DNA from: Eledone cirrhosa
Taxonomy: Eukaryota
Length of the DNA: 64,000 nt
Direction: 5' to 3'
NCBI GenBank assembly: GCA_964016885.1
Contig: OZ024743.1
Location: forward strand, 167,400,001-167,464,000
Shown in pieces: positions 24,410 to 39,127 of this stretch (position 1 is its first letter; every line of letters begins with the position of its first letter). A program made the translations under genes and the position numbers. The notes beneath the pieces are model-generated. The model made no database searches. It was not told the DNA's origin and worked only from the letters and a program-made list of their open reading frames with translations.

Positions 24410-26530
24410 TAAGGTTATTCCAAATAAAATCACCCAGTTTCAGAAAAAATTCATACTAGCTCCTGTACCTATATGATGGAAAAATATCAAGTATTAGGTC
24501 AATATCTTTGATAGTTGTGAAATTGTAGGCTTTTGAAATTATACATTTTTTTCCGAACGAGTCCCTCGTACCAACTTGAGACAGTCATTTCTCCTCTAAT
24601 AAGGTAAGCACAACTTTGAAATCATGTGTTTGGAGCTAACTTTTTCTGTAGAGTTCAAATATCTTATCAAATCAAGTGTATCTTCTAGATTTTTCCATCT
24701 ACAGGCCTCTGAAAATTGCCAAGAATTAAATGTATGCCTCTGTTAGGTATTTTTATCTCAAAAGGTACACTAGATAAAGCAACCACAATTGTTTTCCTGT
24801 TACTTAGCATATAGTAGACCATTTCTGAGCAGTAACTATGTTAGTTACTATTATGGGGGTGTCAGAATAACTTTTTGAAATATGTGCGATTTCAAAATTT
24901 CTCAAAAAATGCCCATTTTGATACCCTTAGTTGACCATGTGGGCAGTTCACTATCATTTTCAAATTTTTACCATGCATTCTCATTCTTCTGAAGATGATG
25001 TGACAGAAAGATCAAGTACAAGGAAATAAGCTTCAGATGAGAACAGTATCTCTAGATGGTATGTACACTGTTGTGAATGTAGGGGATGATATGGAGGACC
25101 AGGCTAGTGTAAATTGGGATGACTATCAACCAGGCAAGTGTGTAGCCTGTGTGTACGATTCCAACTGGTACGTGGGAAACATTGAACGCTCATTTGAATA
25201 TTCTGATGCTCTTGTTTCCAGCAGCATCGCGTGAGGATAAATGTTGGGTTCCTTTACATGTCGTGTGTAATCATTGCACCAATCATTGAAGGTAGAAGTG
25301 CCGGCACCTGCACAAAATTCTCTCTATTCCCACAATTTGTGCAGAATTAATATGATTCATATTTGTGTTTGACCTATGTATGTTTTATAATTATTTCATA
25401 CAAGTTATTGAGTTGGGCACTGAAAGTTTTTAATATTTACCTTTGTTGTATTTAAATCATTTTGGGGCATGCTGTCTGTCCTTTGGTACCATGTACTAAT
25501 TCCAGTATGACTGTATAAAGTGTATTAGTTACTTGTCTGCAACTGTATGTAAAAAGTGCTCATGGATATGCCTTGTTTGTCATCAATGAATCAATAGGTA
25601 GTGTATTGAATAATTCAATGAAGGGCAATATAGTATTCTATCTCTGATTAAAATAAATTTATGTTTAATTTTTGTTAATTCTAGCTGTTTAACATTCAAG
25701 TCTTATGTGTGGCTCTGTACACTGTCATGTAAAACGTGGTAATGGATATACATGTAGTAGTTTGCCATTCGTTGAATCAATAAATACCCATTAATTTCAA
25801 AGATGTTTATTTATACTATATTGAATAAATCAATGATGGATGATATGCTGTTTTATATCCATGCTTTATGAATAAGTTGATCCTGTACAAAGCGCTGTCA
25901 ACTGAATTTCTTAAAATTCATAACTCTGAAAGGAAGCTCAGCAACAAAACCAAATTACTGTCACATCATCTGCAGAAGTATATGAATGCATGGTAAAAAT
26001 GATAGTGAACTGCCCACATGGTCAACTAAGGGCATCAAAATGGGCATTTTTTTAGAAATATTGAAGTCGCACATATTTCAAAAAGTTATTCTGACACTCC
26101 CATAATAGTAATTAACATAGTTACTGCTCAGAAATGGTCTACTATATGCTAAGTAACAGGAAAACAATTGTGGTTGCTTTATCTAGTGTACCTTTTGAGA
26201 TAAAAATACCTAACAGAGGCATACATTTGCTGTACGTTTAATTCTTGGCAATTTTCAGAGGCCTGAAGATAGAAAAATCTAGAAGATACACTTGATTTGA
26301 TAAGATATTTGAACTCTACAGAAAAAGTTAGCCCCAAACACATGATTTCAAAGTTGTGCTTACCTTATTAGAGGAGAAATGGTTGTCTCAAGTTGGTACG
26401 AGAGGCTTGTTCAGAAAAAAATGTATAATTAATATTTCAAAGGCCTACAATTTCACAGCTATCAAAGATATTGATCTAATACTTGATATTTTTCCATCAT
26501 ATAGGTACAGGAGCTAGTATGAATTCTTTC
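24410..26530. mobile_element. Non-autonomous DNA transposon with ~560-bp inverted repeats (~24442-25006 and ~25958-26530) and a coding relic at 25037-25290
   Basis: Arms are near-identical reverse complements (attcatactagctcctgtacctatatgatgg... / ...ccatcatataggtacaggagctagtatgaat). The spacer encodes GKCVACVYDSNWYVGNIE...REDKCWVP. Superfamily not assigned. Confidence 0.8.
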
Positions 26531-29500
26531 AGGAGGATCTGTGGGGATGACCTGCAACCCTCTGGATGATTTGGCATGAAATGACTCTATACTTGTATGG
26601 ACTTGCAATGCATATGGATGATGAAAGTTGGGTGAAGAAGTGCCAGAAGTTTCCAGTGGACGGAACTTGTAGTAGTGGAAGACTAAGGAAAATTCGAGCA
26701 GATCTCAAAATGCTTAACCTCACAGAGATGACACAGTAGGTGGACAGAAGCTGTGCTAGAAAAGATCTGTCTAACCCAAGCAACTATGGAAAAGGATGTT
26801 GACGATGAAAGAGCATTTAGTTATGCGAGTATAACAGTTAAAGAATTCAGTCTACTTGAACACATACATTTTGCAGGTCTAGTCAAACCACGCACAAAAA
26901 TGGCAGAATGTTATTACAACACCTTAAATAAAAACAAAATAGCTTTAACATTCATTGCTACAATACATCAAAATCCTCTACACTATATATTATACTACCC
27001 ATATATATTAACTGCTAACATCATGTAAAGATTTAGAAAATATCTAAAAACTGGTTTGTCAGTTCAAATGTTTAGTGGCCTGATAATCATGAACGTTTGC
27101 TGTAAACTAAAGACTTCAATTTCTAATGTGATGCAATCATAGTATTGTTTTATACTTTTTAAGAATCTCTTGCTAATAATGTGCTGCAGGACTTTTGTGT
27201 TAAACATGTTTTGTATACACACAATGTAGGTTGTATGATTTAAATGTTGAATTTAGTGAAAACAAACAATTTAAGGCAGGAAGAAATTTGGAAACATTGA
27301 ATATTAGAATAATAATTTTACTACCTTGCAGTCAAAGAAACACTTTTCATTTCTCAGATTATGGACAATAATTTGAAACTTTAATCCTTCTCACCTCACT
27401 GCCATTAAATTTATCCAAGTTTTCTAGGATTAATTCTCCTGTCTAATTTTTGTCAGTGTAAGCCATCACCAGTGTTCTGAATTTTACCCAATAATTTAGT
27501 AAATGAAATTGTGATATTGTTTAGCAGAAACAGTTAAAACAACAAATGACTGTGTGAATGGGAAACATTAGACTTCTGAGAATTAAATAGGTTGTAATTA
27601 GAAAGATGCCTTGTTGAGAGAAAACTCTTATATTGATGTAATCAAGTCTTTGGAAGGGCTGGAAATATATATGGACCATGTCTAAGAATTTTTTTTCCTT
27701 TGTCAAATTTTGTGATTACGTAATGTAAAATTACAAATGATTATGAATTATAAATTTATTTATTACAATACAATTTGTTTGTTGTAACAACCTTTAAAAA
27801 CACATTGTATATAATTTCCTTTTTATTTTTCACCAGTTGCATGTAAATATTTATTATGCACAGACACAATTTATCTATTTGTAGTCATTAACAATCTAGT
27901 ATCCTTATGATGAGAAAAAAACGTGATGAATTATTAAACATATTTTTGCAGAGTATGAGAAAACTAAGAAAGAGAAAAAGATTATTCTGAAAAGTGTCCA
28001 TCAGCTGTGAGCAGATATATAACAATTGTGTAATTTGTTACAGATTATACTTCAAACCCCCAGTCAAGAAACTTTTATAGGTGAATGAGAAGAAAGTAAT
28101 ACAGTAACATTTCAGTATAGTTATGTTCCTATACCATGATTTTATGTGTGGTGTTCAATATTTCATGGCAAAGTCACACTACTAACAAAGTTCTTTACGA
28201 TCTGCCACAAGTTTCATTGAAAGTTTGATACCGTCGCTTGGCCTTTGTTGGTTGTTTTCTACCATGATGAATCTGCCTCTCCGGTCACTAAATGCGAGTA
28301 GGACATCCAAACATAACCATCAGGACTCTGTTGGCAAGGGACACTGGACAGGATCTTTTTGCTGCGATGAGAGATCAGGAAGTCTGGAACAAGAACTTTG
28401 TGCATGCTTCACCTTTGATGGAGAGATGACTCAAAAAGAGTATCATTTCCTTACAGATCAGTTTATCTTGTTACAGTTTTGCTATAGAGTAACCATTTTG
28501 AGAATCATTTAGTCCCTGATACATGCTAAATAGTTTGGTCATTTCAACTTGTGTAAAGAACATTGTAGGCTTATGTCTAAGTTTTATACTTAATTTTGTG
28601 TAAGTATTGCTACTTAAAAATTCCCAGATGGCAGATTGGTTGTCATAATGGTAGGAATTTCTAATTAGCTTATATGTATTGCTAAAAAATGGTTACTGTT
28701 CATACTTATTTTCAATGATGTAACGAAGTAACTATAAGGATTTTCTTCATATATGAGTGGGATAAAATCAATGATTAAGTAGGCAAGATATAAGTTGTGT
28801 AAAATATTGCACACACACGTATCATAATCATCACAGTTTAACATTTATTTTCCATGTTTACAGTAAATTATATACCCTCTAACAATAATTACAATTTCTA
28901 AAAAGCGGTTACGATTTGCAGGACATTGCTGGAGAAGTAAGCAGAAGCTACTGTTGTGGAAACCAACTTATGGGAAGTGCAGTAGAGGAACTCTCAGACA
29001 ATATAAACCTCAGTAGGGAGCAGTTGCCAGAAGCAATGGAAAATTGTGGAGAGACTTTGTTAGGAATGTTCAACTGTGGTCACAATGATGAACAATAACT
29101 GAAATATTTATTAATGTGTATTGACTACATTGAAAAGCTGTTTTATTTATGTTTGCCAAAATAATATACTGTAAGCTATATGCAAATATTGAGTTCCTCT
29201 ATTTATAAAGATCTTGAAAATATAAAAATATATAAAAGCAAAATACTTAAGTAGCATTGGTAAGTGAGCCACTTTAAGCTTAGCTAAATCCCTTCTTATG
29301 GAGATGGCAGTATCGGTAGAGGGTCGGACGCCATGCTTTGCAGCAAAGAGTTACGGCCCTTTATGGTCTGAGTTCAAATCCTGCTGAGGTTAACTTTGCC
29401 TTTCATCCTTATGGGGGTCGATAAAATAAAGTACCAGTAATACACTGGATAATTGTTGGCCTTGTGCCAAAAGTAGAAACAATTATGTAGTGATGTATAC

Positions 29501-30197
29501 AGCAGATTATGGAGATTGCTGAAAAAGTTAAGCTTTCAGTTAAGTTTAAATTATCTGGATATTTAACTATTTTTACTTTGCATCAATTGACTATTGATAG
29601 GGAGTAGTACGATTAGCAATATTAAAATATAAAATTATTCAGTTTGTTTTGGTTTTTTTCTTAGACCATAAAAGAATACCAAAAGTGCAAGAAAATGTTG
29701 CTTGCTAGTTTACTGTTCAGAAGTAACTATTAAAGAATATATTTACATTTTTAAACTGTTACAGAAACTAATGGCAGGACACATTCCTCACCATAATGCA
29801 CCAACAGTTGAAACCAGCATTTTAAACTAATACTGTTGCTTACATATATAATTTCTTGTGCTAATTTACCTAACTTACAGCTAGCCGGACTGAGCCATGA
29901 TCTCAAAGCAGTGCCAAGTACAGGATTTGGTGATTAGTTTTATATATTTATATATTTCACTTTTGGCATAACATTGCAAGCTTATATAAAAACATTAGTG
30001 TTCCCACTGACTACAGTTGTTAGTTGTGCTGCCATAGCAAATTCTCTTGATATTTGAACCATTGACACTGGATAATATTATGGAAGTAAATGATTAACAC
30101 AATATAGAAAACATATTTGATGATGCCAAAGCCAAAAATTACCATCATTTAAAAGCTTAAATATCTCCACCTGTTTTAAACAGCTCACATCATTTAA

Positions 30198-30395
30198 CCC
30201 TTTAGCATTTAAACCGGCTATATCCGGCCAAAATTCTCTCACCTCTTTCAGTTCAAACCGACAATAACCAACTGCTTATGCTTATGTTAAGGTATTGTTT
30301 TCAAAATAAATATAAAAATCTCATAGATAATTATGTAAGATAAAACATTTACCTTGAAAATACAATAGTAAATATAGAGTAATGTAAATAAAGGG
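30198..30395. mobile_element. piggyBac-type MITE
   Basis: TTAA|CCCTTTA...TAAAGGG|TTAA; shares its terminal sequence with the 48037 element. Confidence 0.75.
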
Positions 30396-31219
30396 TTAAG
30401 CTACACTTGCTGTCATTTATATGATATTTCATAAGGAACCATAGACCTGTCACAAAAAGATAGCAATAAATCATAAATATTGAATAGTGTACATCCAATA
30501 GCACATACATAAAGAAAACATAGTATCAACACAAACACATTACTTGGAGAAGTGAAAATCCAGAAGCAACTGTCTCCAAATGAACCAAGCTTATGCATGC
30601 TATCCAACCATCTTGTTTGTGGTCTACCACTGGATCTCCTGCAGATTGGCTTTGTTTATAAAATCTGGCCAGTGATTTTTTTTTCCCTTAGACATTCTAA
30701 CCACATGTTAAGAAGTAGCGACTCTCTGAGCTATGCACCCTATCGAGTAACATTACTCCAAAGTCCCTTTGGAGGAACCTCATTTTGGTTGCTTATATTT
30801 GTGATCATAATGGATCCCATCAATACAAATAAGGAGATTGTGGTGTAACACTATATTAAGATAAAAAAAAATGTGTCCTCAACTATGGAGTCATAGGGTC
30901 ACTGTTGTGACACACAACAGGTTTTGGGCATCTTAAACCTGGTGGAGCTCCACCCACTGCAGATTGGAACAACCAATTTCTTCAAGAAAAAGAAAGGTGA
31001 TAAAAATGGATAGTGGAAGAATGGACCTTTGAACTGGTATTTTATTTATCAACAGCAAAAGGCAAAGATGACCTAGAATAAATACAGAGGCAGTTTTAAT
31101 CTGATACCCTCACACCTCAGACAATTCACCACCTTCTGCCAACATTATATTGCACTTGAAAATAAAATGTAGAATTCCAGTCATGTATCGAGCTAGTGGT
31201 AGGTGGCTGTGCAATAAGT

Positions 31220-34200
31220 TTAAATTTGGTCTGTGATATGTGGTACTTTCCTTTGCTTGTGTGTCTCATGTATGAGGACATCGATCCTGATGGCTTTATC
31301 AAGGTCTAGCAGACATTTATCTCTGATATGGTGACAGTTTTTAGCCTTAAGTACTCGTAGAGATTTACAGTATGTCATAATGAATCTGAAACAGAGAGAG
31401 AAAGAGAGGGAGAAGTGCATTAAACTTGAAGCAAAATTATACAAAACAAAAACATAAAAAGCTGTAGCATTTAAATATCAGTATCAGCACAGCATCTCTC
31501 ACCACTTGCCTTTGTTATCTCCTTTGAGTCTCAGCAATTTGAGGTCAGCTCTCACTGTTCAGGTCTGCCTCAGTTTACCTCTACTGCAACTTCCATCCAC
31601 TGACATTTCCTGGCACCTCTTCACTCATCGATCATCATCCATGCGCATCACATGTCCGTACCAATGCAGTCTTCTCTCTTGCATACCACTTCAGATTCCT
31701 CTAAACCTAGCTTCTCCTTCAGTTCATCCAAGCTCTGCCTTTCTCTCATTCTCCAAATGTCTGCATTTGACAATGTGGTCAAGGTCATTGAACTAAATAT
31801 AGTTTGAGTTCAAATCTGGTCAAGGTATATATTAATTGTTTCTACTTTTGGCAGAAGGCCAGCAATTACCCAGTGCATTACTGGTACTTTATTTTATCGA
31901 CCTCCCTTAAGGATGAAAAGCAAAGTTAACCTCGGCGGGATTTGAACTCAGAATGGCAAGGGCCGTAACTCTATGCGCCAAAGTATGGTGTCCGACCCTA
32001 GTAAACAGAGGTGGTGGATTTGAAAAATTGTAGTGAGCAAAATTTATAACCATCATTGTTTAATGCCCATTTTCCATTCTTGTTATCATGTAAAGATACT
32101 TATTATTTGAGAAAGACATGGAAATTCCTCAGGTTGTTAATGTGGATGTTTGGCCAGTTTTCCCTCCTAGCAAGAGTTAGATGGATTGTCACAAACCAAG
32201 TCAGAACAAAAACTGTTAAATATTTGTCTAACACTAACAACTCTGCCAATCCACCACCCTCATCTCTATTATTACTGCAAAGCTTGTATCCCACACACTA
32301 ATCTAATAAGTAGAGTCAATTGCTTGATTTTTTTCAACCAGCAGCTGGTCAATCCTATAAAGTTCAAGTTGTGTAACGCATAAGTAGAATGAGTAAAATT
32401 GCTCCTTAAAGGATTTGAAGCAGAACCAGACATAGTTCATTAACTGAACACTAACATTAAAATGTCCTTATTAGTTCTACATGAACACTATCTAAACATT
32501 ACTATTTCTTCACTATTCTGCTCAAGCACCCGCTCATCACAAAAACAAAAATAAGCAAAGTGCCAGCATGGCTGTATGGTTAAGAAGTTTGCTTTAGTTT
32601 TAGGATCTGTCCTACTTATGGACAAGTGTCTTTTACTAGCCTACCAGTCTTGTCAATGAAATTTAGTAGACAACTTTACTGAAGACCATTGAACGAGTGT
32701 GGGTTGAAAACTTCATAAGCTGATTCTGAAGGAGTGGTGCTAGAACTGAGATCTTGCACGCATTAATTTCAACCCTTCTTGTTAATAACTGTGTTGTTTC
32801 TTTCCAGGTAAATTAACATTTGACTGTTAAAAGAAGACTTCAAATGTAACTAATAGCAATTTCTCTTGAAATTGGACAAAATTTGGCATCATGGTGTCAT
32901 CAAGTACTTGCAGAAAAGGAGTTTAGACCCTAGGGACATTCATGTTGACATCGTTGTTACATTAGGGGACAATGTTCCAGTTTTATCAACTGTGCAAAAG
33001 TGAGCAGCTGAATTTAGGCAGGGAAGAGAGAGTCTGGAAGTCCTGCAATTGCCACCACCAAGAAAAAGATTCATCATGTTTACTACATAATGATGGATGA
33101 CAGGTGATTGACTATAAATCAAATAGCCATTGCTATTAGCATATCTCATGAGGAAGCTGGGAATATTCTGCACAATGAAGGTTTCTGCTTAGTGGGTGCC
33201 ACGTTTTCTGACACCTGATCACAACATGGGAAAATATAACATTGAGGGAGATCAGACTGGTTTCATTGAGCGTTTCTTAACCCAGGATGAGTCAGACAAA
33301 AAGAGAATCCAGGAAATACCCCTCCTCAGCTGCTTCAAAGAAGACCAAGGTTGTTTCATCAGCAGGGAATGTAATAGCTTCAGTTTTTTGGGATGCAAAA
33401 AGCATTGTATTTATTGACTATCTTCAAAAGAGCCACACCATCAAAGGAGAGTACTATGCCAACTTTCTGAGGAAGTTATGAAAGACTATCAAGACCAAAC
33501 GCCCAGGAAATCTGATGAAAGGAGATTTGTTTCATCAGGACAATGCTCCAGCACATAAGTCCTTGGTTTCAACGGCTGCTGTGCGTGATTACCTGCCCTA
33601 TTCTCCTGATTTGGCCCCATCTGACTACCATCTGTTCCCCAACATGAAAAAACATTTGGATGGGAAACAGTGTCACAGTGATGATGACATCATATCTGCT
33701 GTTGTTGACTTTTTTGACCAACAGGATTAAAGCTTCTTCACAAATGGGATCCAAGCACTGCAACACTGATGGAAGAAGTGTGTGGACCATAAGGGGAACT
33801 ATGTTGAAAAGTAAACCCCTTTTGGTCACATTACATCTGGTCAGCCGATGAACTTTTCAACTGACCCTTGTATGTGAATTTGTCAGTGTCTGAATTTATA
33901 TTATCCCATAATTTAGTCAAGGCACATGGATTAGTGGTTACAAAATTGGATTCCCAATCGTAAGCTTGCGAGTTTGATTCCCAGACTGGGCAATGCATTA
34001 TGCCCTTGAGCAAGACACTTTATTTCACATTGCTTTTTGTGCCACTTGAAGCTTCTATTAGATAGTATCAGCAGTGGAAAGACCAATGGAAACATTGTTT
34101 CCTTGGTCCGATTTGATGAGTTTGACCCCACTTGGTAAGTGAGTGAAGTCTGGAATCTTGTTGATCAATTCGATTGATAATTTAGTGGTTTCACAAAGAA

Positions 34201-37200
34201 AGGCCTAAGTAATTGATCAAAACCTGACAGGATGGTGTCCCAGCATGACTGTAACCATCATCATCAACACCATCGTCCTCATTTTTATGTTGGCAGGGGT
34301 TGGCTGGATGGGACTTTTTGAGGCAATGTTTTACACCAACCTTCTCAGTAAAAGAATAGAAGAATAAAAGAAAAAAAAGTCAACAGGGAATACTTACTTA
34401 ATGGAAGTTTCAGTTAACCTATAGCAACCTCGGATATCTAAATGGATCAATTCAGGACAAGCCTTGCTGATCATCTCAATACTATAGTCAGTTATATTGT
34501 AAACACCATTAAACTTCAGGGTAACCAACCTATTTAAAGAGAAACAAACCATCAAAGCATTTCATAGAGTCTGTTTTATGTGAAAATTCATTGTTTACTG
34601 CTCATGTGTATTTGCCACATACAATCTTTGTTAGCCTGCCAGATATCCCACTACATCACTTGTATACCTATAATTTACTTTTTGTACACTTCATGGAGTT
34701 TCTGCAAGGTCCTTTTATGTATATTGAGCATGATCATTTTTTCTGGTAGCTGGGCCATGTACATCTTTCCTACTTAAGACTTTAGTCTTAGCTAAGTTAA
34801 CTTTCAGGCCTTTTGATTCCAGGTTTTACTTCTAAGTTGCTTCTATTCTGAATCATACTGCTTACATAAATGATGTATATATATATTTGTTTTGCAAGGT
34901 TTTTGATATGAAATCGTGTGTCGAAACAGATATTGTTATACTTGGGGAGGGTCATATTGTTATAATATTGCCAGAAATAATAACAGAACACACTCACTAT
35001 TTGGTTTGGGTTGGTTTTCGTTTCTGTATCTTTTATATCTCCATAGTTAATTTATCTGGCAATCAATGTTTATTAGTGATTGACCAACGGTTAAAAAATA
35101 CAGATATAAATATATATAGTCTAAGTTCTTTTGTCACATATCTGCGACATCATCAGTGGTACTATTATGTTTCCTCCCGTTGTATTGTAATGCCTACACC
35201 ATTTTATATATATATATGTTTCTCTTACCAATCTCTTTCGCAAAACCACCATCTCAGCTATCACTCCTTAAGTTTAAACTTGGTTGCCTTTGATATGCTG
35301 GATGGACTATAGAATTCTGGAGAGTCTGAAGAATCTGGACACTCAAATGACAATGTCAAAGATAAAGATAAATTCACCTTATGTTGCCGGACGAAAATGC
35401 AAGGATTCCTCTTTATTTCAGACGCAGATGGCTAACATAACTCCATCTCCTTGCACCTCCAACCCATCACTTCCACCCACCAAACCAAATCCAAAACTTC
35501 AGAGTTGGTACCATGAATGTAGGCACTTTAAAAGGTCGCTCTAACGAGATTGTAGAGATGCTTGAACGTAAAGAATTTGATGCTTGTTGCGTCCAAGAGA
35601 TTCATTGTGGGTAAAAAACGATGCTATAAACTTTTCTGGGTGGAGTAGGGATTATGTTAGCAGAAAAATGGGTAGATAAGGTAATTGACGTAAATAGAGT
35701 GAACGACAGAATAATCAAAATAAGACTTGTCCTAAATGGAACTACTGTGACAATAATATCCATGGCCAGGAGGGAAGCTAGGAGACGAGTGTACTTTGCA
35801 AGAAGGGAAGCAGAGGAAAGAGAGTTCAAGCATGTTCTACAACGCGAGGACCAAAAACATGAGGTGTTCAGGATTGCTAGACAATGTGTCAAGGAAAACT
35901 GATATTGTCGGGGAGAAGTGTGTCCGTAATGATGATGGTATACTTGCCATCACTGATACTAATAAGAAGGTAGTTTGGAAGTATCACTATGAGAGGCTAC
36001 TAAATGAGGAGAATAAGTGGGAAAAAGATAGTCTGCCCCAAATCGATCCAATAGAGGGACCAGCAGTGCAAGTTGAAGGTAGTATAATAAGTAAGGCAAT
36101 CAAAGATATGAAGACAGGCAAAGCAGCTGGGCCTTCGGAGATAGTTGCTGAAATGCTGAAAGCATCTGGATCGGTGGGTCACACGGATTGTAAACCAAGT
36201 CATACAGAATGAGGTCATACCAAATGACTGGTGTAACAGCATCATTAACTGCTACAAGGGTAAAGGAGGTGCACTAGAGGCATTAAATTAATTGACCAGG
36301 TCATGAAGGTCACAGAAAGAGTTACAGCGCAACTAATCAAAGAGCGAATTGATCTAGATGAAATGCAGTTTGGGTTTGTGTCAGGTAAAAGTACCACAGA
36401 CGCTCTTTTCCTTGTATGACAACTACAGGAGAAGTACCTAGCTAAAAGTAAACCCCTCTACTTAGCTTTTGCAGACCTGGAGAAAGCCTTTGACAGAGTC
36501 CCCTGTTCCATTAATTCGTGGGCTCTTAGAAAATTAGTTGTTGATGAATGGCTTGTGAGAGCTATACAAGCCATGTATACAGAAACAGTCAGCAAGGTTA
36601 AAATTAACATTGAATAGAGTGAAGAATTTAGCGTAAAAGTTGGTGTTCATCAGGGCTCTGTCCTTACCCCCCTCCTTTTTAGTATTGCCCTTCAGGCTAT
36701 AACAGAGGAGTTCAAGACCGGCTGCCCATGGGAATTTCTATATGCAGATGATCTAACGTTCATAGCTGAATCAATGGCTGAACTAGAGAAGAAATTCCAA
36801 ACATGGAAGAATGGCCTACAATCAAAAGACCTTAAAATTAACTTGTCTAAGACTAAAGTTCTAGTATGTAGGAAGGAAAATAGGGCACTGGTCCTCTCTG
36901 GGAAATGGTCATGCTCAGTGTGTAGGAAAGGAGTAGGCTGAAACTCTATTTTCTGTCCCAAATGCAAAGTATGGGTGCATAAAAGATGTAGTGGGATCAC
37001 AGGTAAGCTAACTAAGAACATAGATTTTATATGTGGCCAGTGCTCAGGTGCAATAAGTAGTAGCAAGTGCCCACAGGATACTAGCTCTTTCCATTGCCCA
37101 GATCGTTCTATAAAATAGTGGACACCTTCTGTTACCTGGGTGACAAAATCAGCAGTGGTGGAGGGTGCTCAGAAAGTACAGTAGCCAGAGTCAGAACGGG

Positions 37201-39095
37201 ATGGAAAAGGTTCAAAGAGCTTATACCACTATTGGCCGCTAAAGGTTTCTCTCTAAAAATGAATGGCAGACTGTATGATGCCTGCATACGAACTGCAATG
37301 TTACATGACAGTGAGACATGGACATTGTGTGCAGATGATATACGCAGACTGGAGAGGAACGAAGCTTGCATGCTCCATTGGATGTGGAATAGTAATATAC
37401 GTGAACGGCAAAGCATAAATGAACTAAGTGAGAAATTAGGAATAAGAAGGATCAGATGCTGTTTACTCGAGAGAAGACTACATTGGTATGGTCACGTGAT
37501 GTGCATGAAAGACGACAGCTGTATAAAAAAGTGCAGGGCGATCAAAATTGATGGAAGCTACGGAGTAGACAGACCCAGAAAAACCTGGGACGATTTGATA
37601 AATTCCGACCTTACACACTTACACCTCTCCAAGACAATGTCACTGGACTGAGATCTTTGGCGCTACGCAGTAATACAGAAGACCCGCCTTGTCTAAGTAC
37701 AAAGCGAAACCTACAGTCAGTAGGCACCTCTTAACCAAAAATACACCTCCATCCCACTACCCCTACCCCCATCTACACCACCCCTTTCTCTGTAAAGTTA
37801 TGTTGGTACCACAACATCCAGTCCTAAATAAATGAGGTCGTGTAGGTGTCATGACAAAAAAACACACAGTCCACGCTGTAATGTGGTCGTGTAGGTAACA
37901 CAGTAAAAACCTCCCAGTCCACACTGTAAACGTGGTTGGTGTTAGTAAGGGCATCCAGCCGTAGAAAACCTGCCAGACAGTCCTATATTAACAAGACAAC
38001 CAATCTTGCCTCAAGTGGGACAATTCCCGTCTAAACCCATGCTAGCGTGGAAGATAGATGTTAAACGATGATGATGATGATATACACACGTATGTGGTTG
38101 TCGGCTGAGAGAAAGAGTACTCAATGCCGAAATAGAGTTTAAATATATATATCATCATCATTTTACGTCCGCTTTTCCCTGCTTGCAGGGGTGGGACGGT
38201 AACTGATTCTGACTTGATTTCTACAGCTGGATGCCCTTCCTAACACCAACCTCATTTACAGTGAGTGCTGGGTGCTTTTTTTTCCATGGCGCCTACACGT
38301 CCACTTTACAGTGTGGGCTGGGTGCTTTTTTTTTTTTGCCGTGGCACCTCCACAACCACTTTGCAGTGGAATGATAGGGACCCCAGTCCTATCATCTCAT
38401 TTCTACAGCTGAGTAAACTGGAGCAATGTGAAATAAAGTGTCATGCTCAAGGAAACAACACACCACCCTGTCCGAGAATTGAACTCACAACCTTTCGATT
38501 GCAAGGCCAATGCTCTAACCACTAAGTCATGTGCCTCCATATATATATAATACATACACACACGAACATATAGATATATTTGCCGGATTTGATAGCTTAT
38601 AAGATGCACATTTTTTTCAAAAATATGTACCTGAAAATCACCTTGCATCTCATAAGGTCACTTTCGGTAACTGACTAGTGGAGATCTAGTTCTGTAGTGG
38701 CCCTTAAATTAAACCACAAACAGGTGGCAATCACTTCTACACCAACAATGGCAACTCTTTTCTATAAGAAGCGACAATTTTAATAAATTTTATGATGAAT
38801 AAGATAAATTTATTTTCAATTTCTTTTATTCTAAAAATATACTAAATATTTCAACAAAACATACGAAGGGAATAAAGTAAATTTATTTTCACACTTCCTT
38901 ATATTTTAAAAATGTACTAAAATGTTATAACTAGAATTACAATATAGAATGATTATAAAAAATACGATGTAGAAACTTTATTCTCTTCATCTGGCATTTG
39001 TAGTTTAAACCCATTTTTTTTAAATGCCTGCCCAAATTGAGGTGTGTTTGATAAGCCCTTGTATTTTACAAACCATCAACTATGGTGTGTGTGTG

Positions 39096-39127
<32 letters not shown>

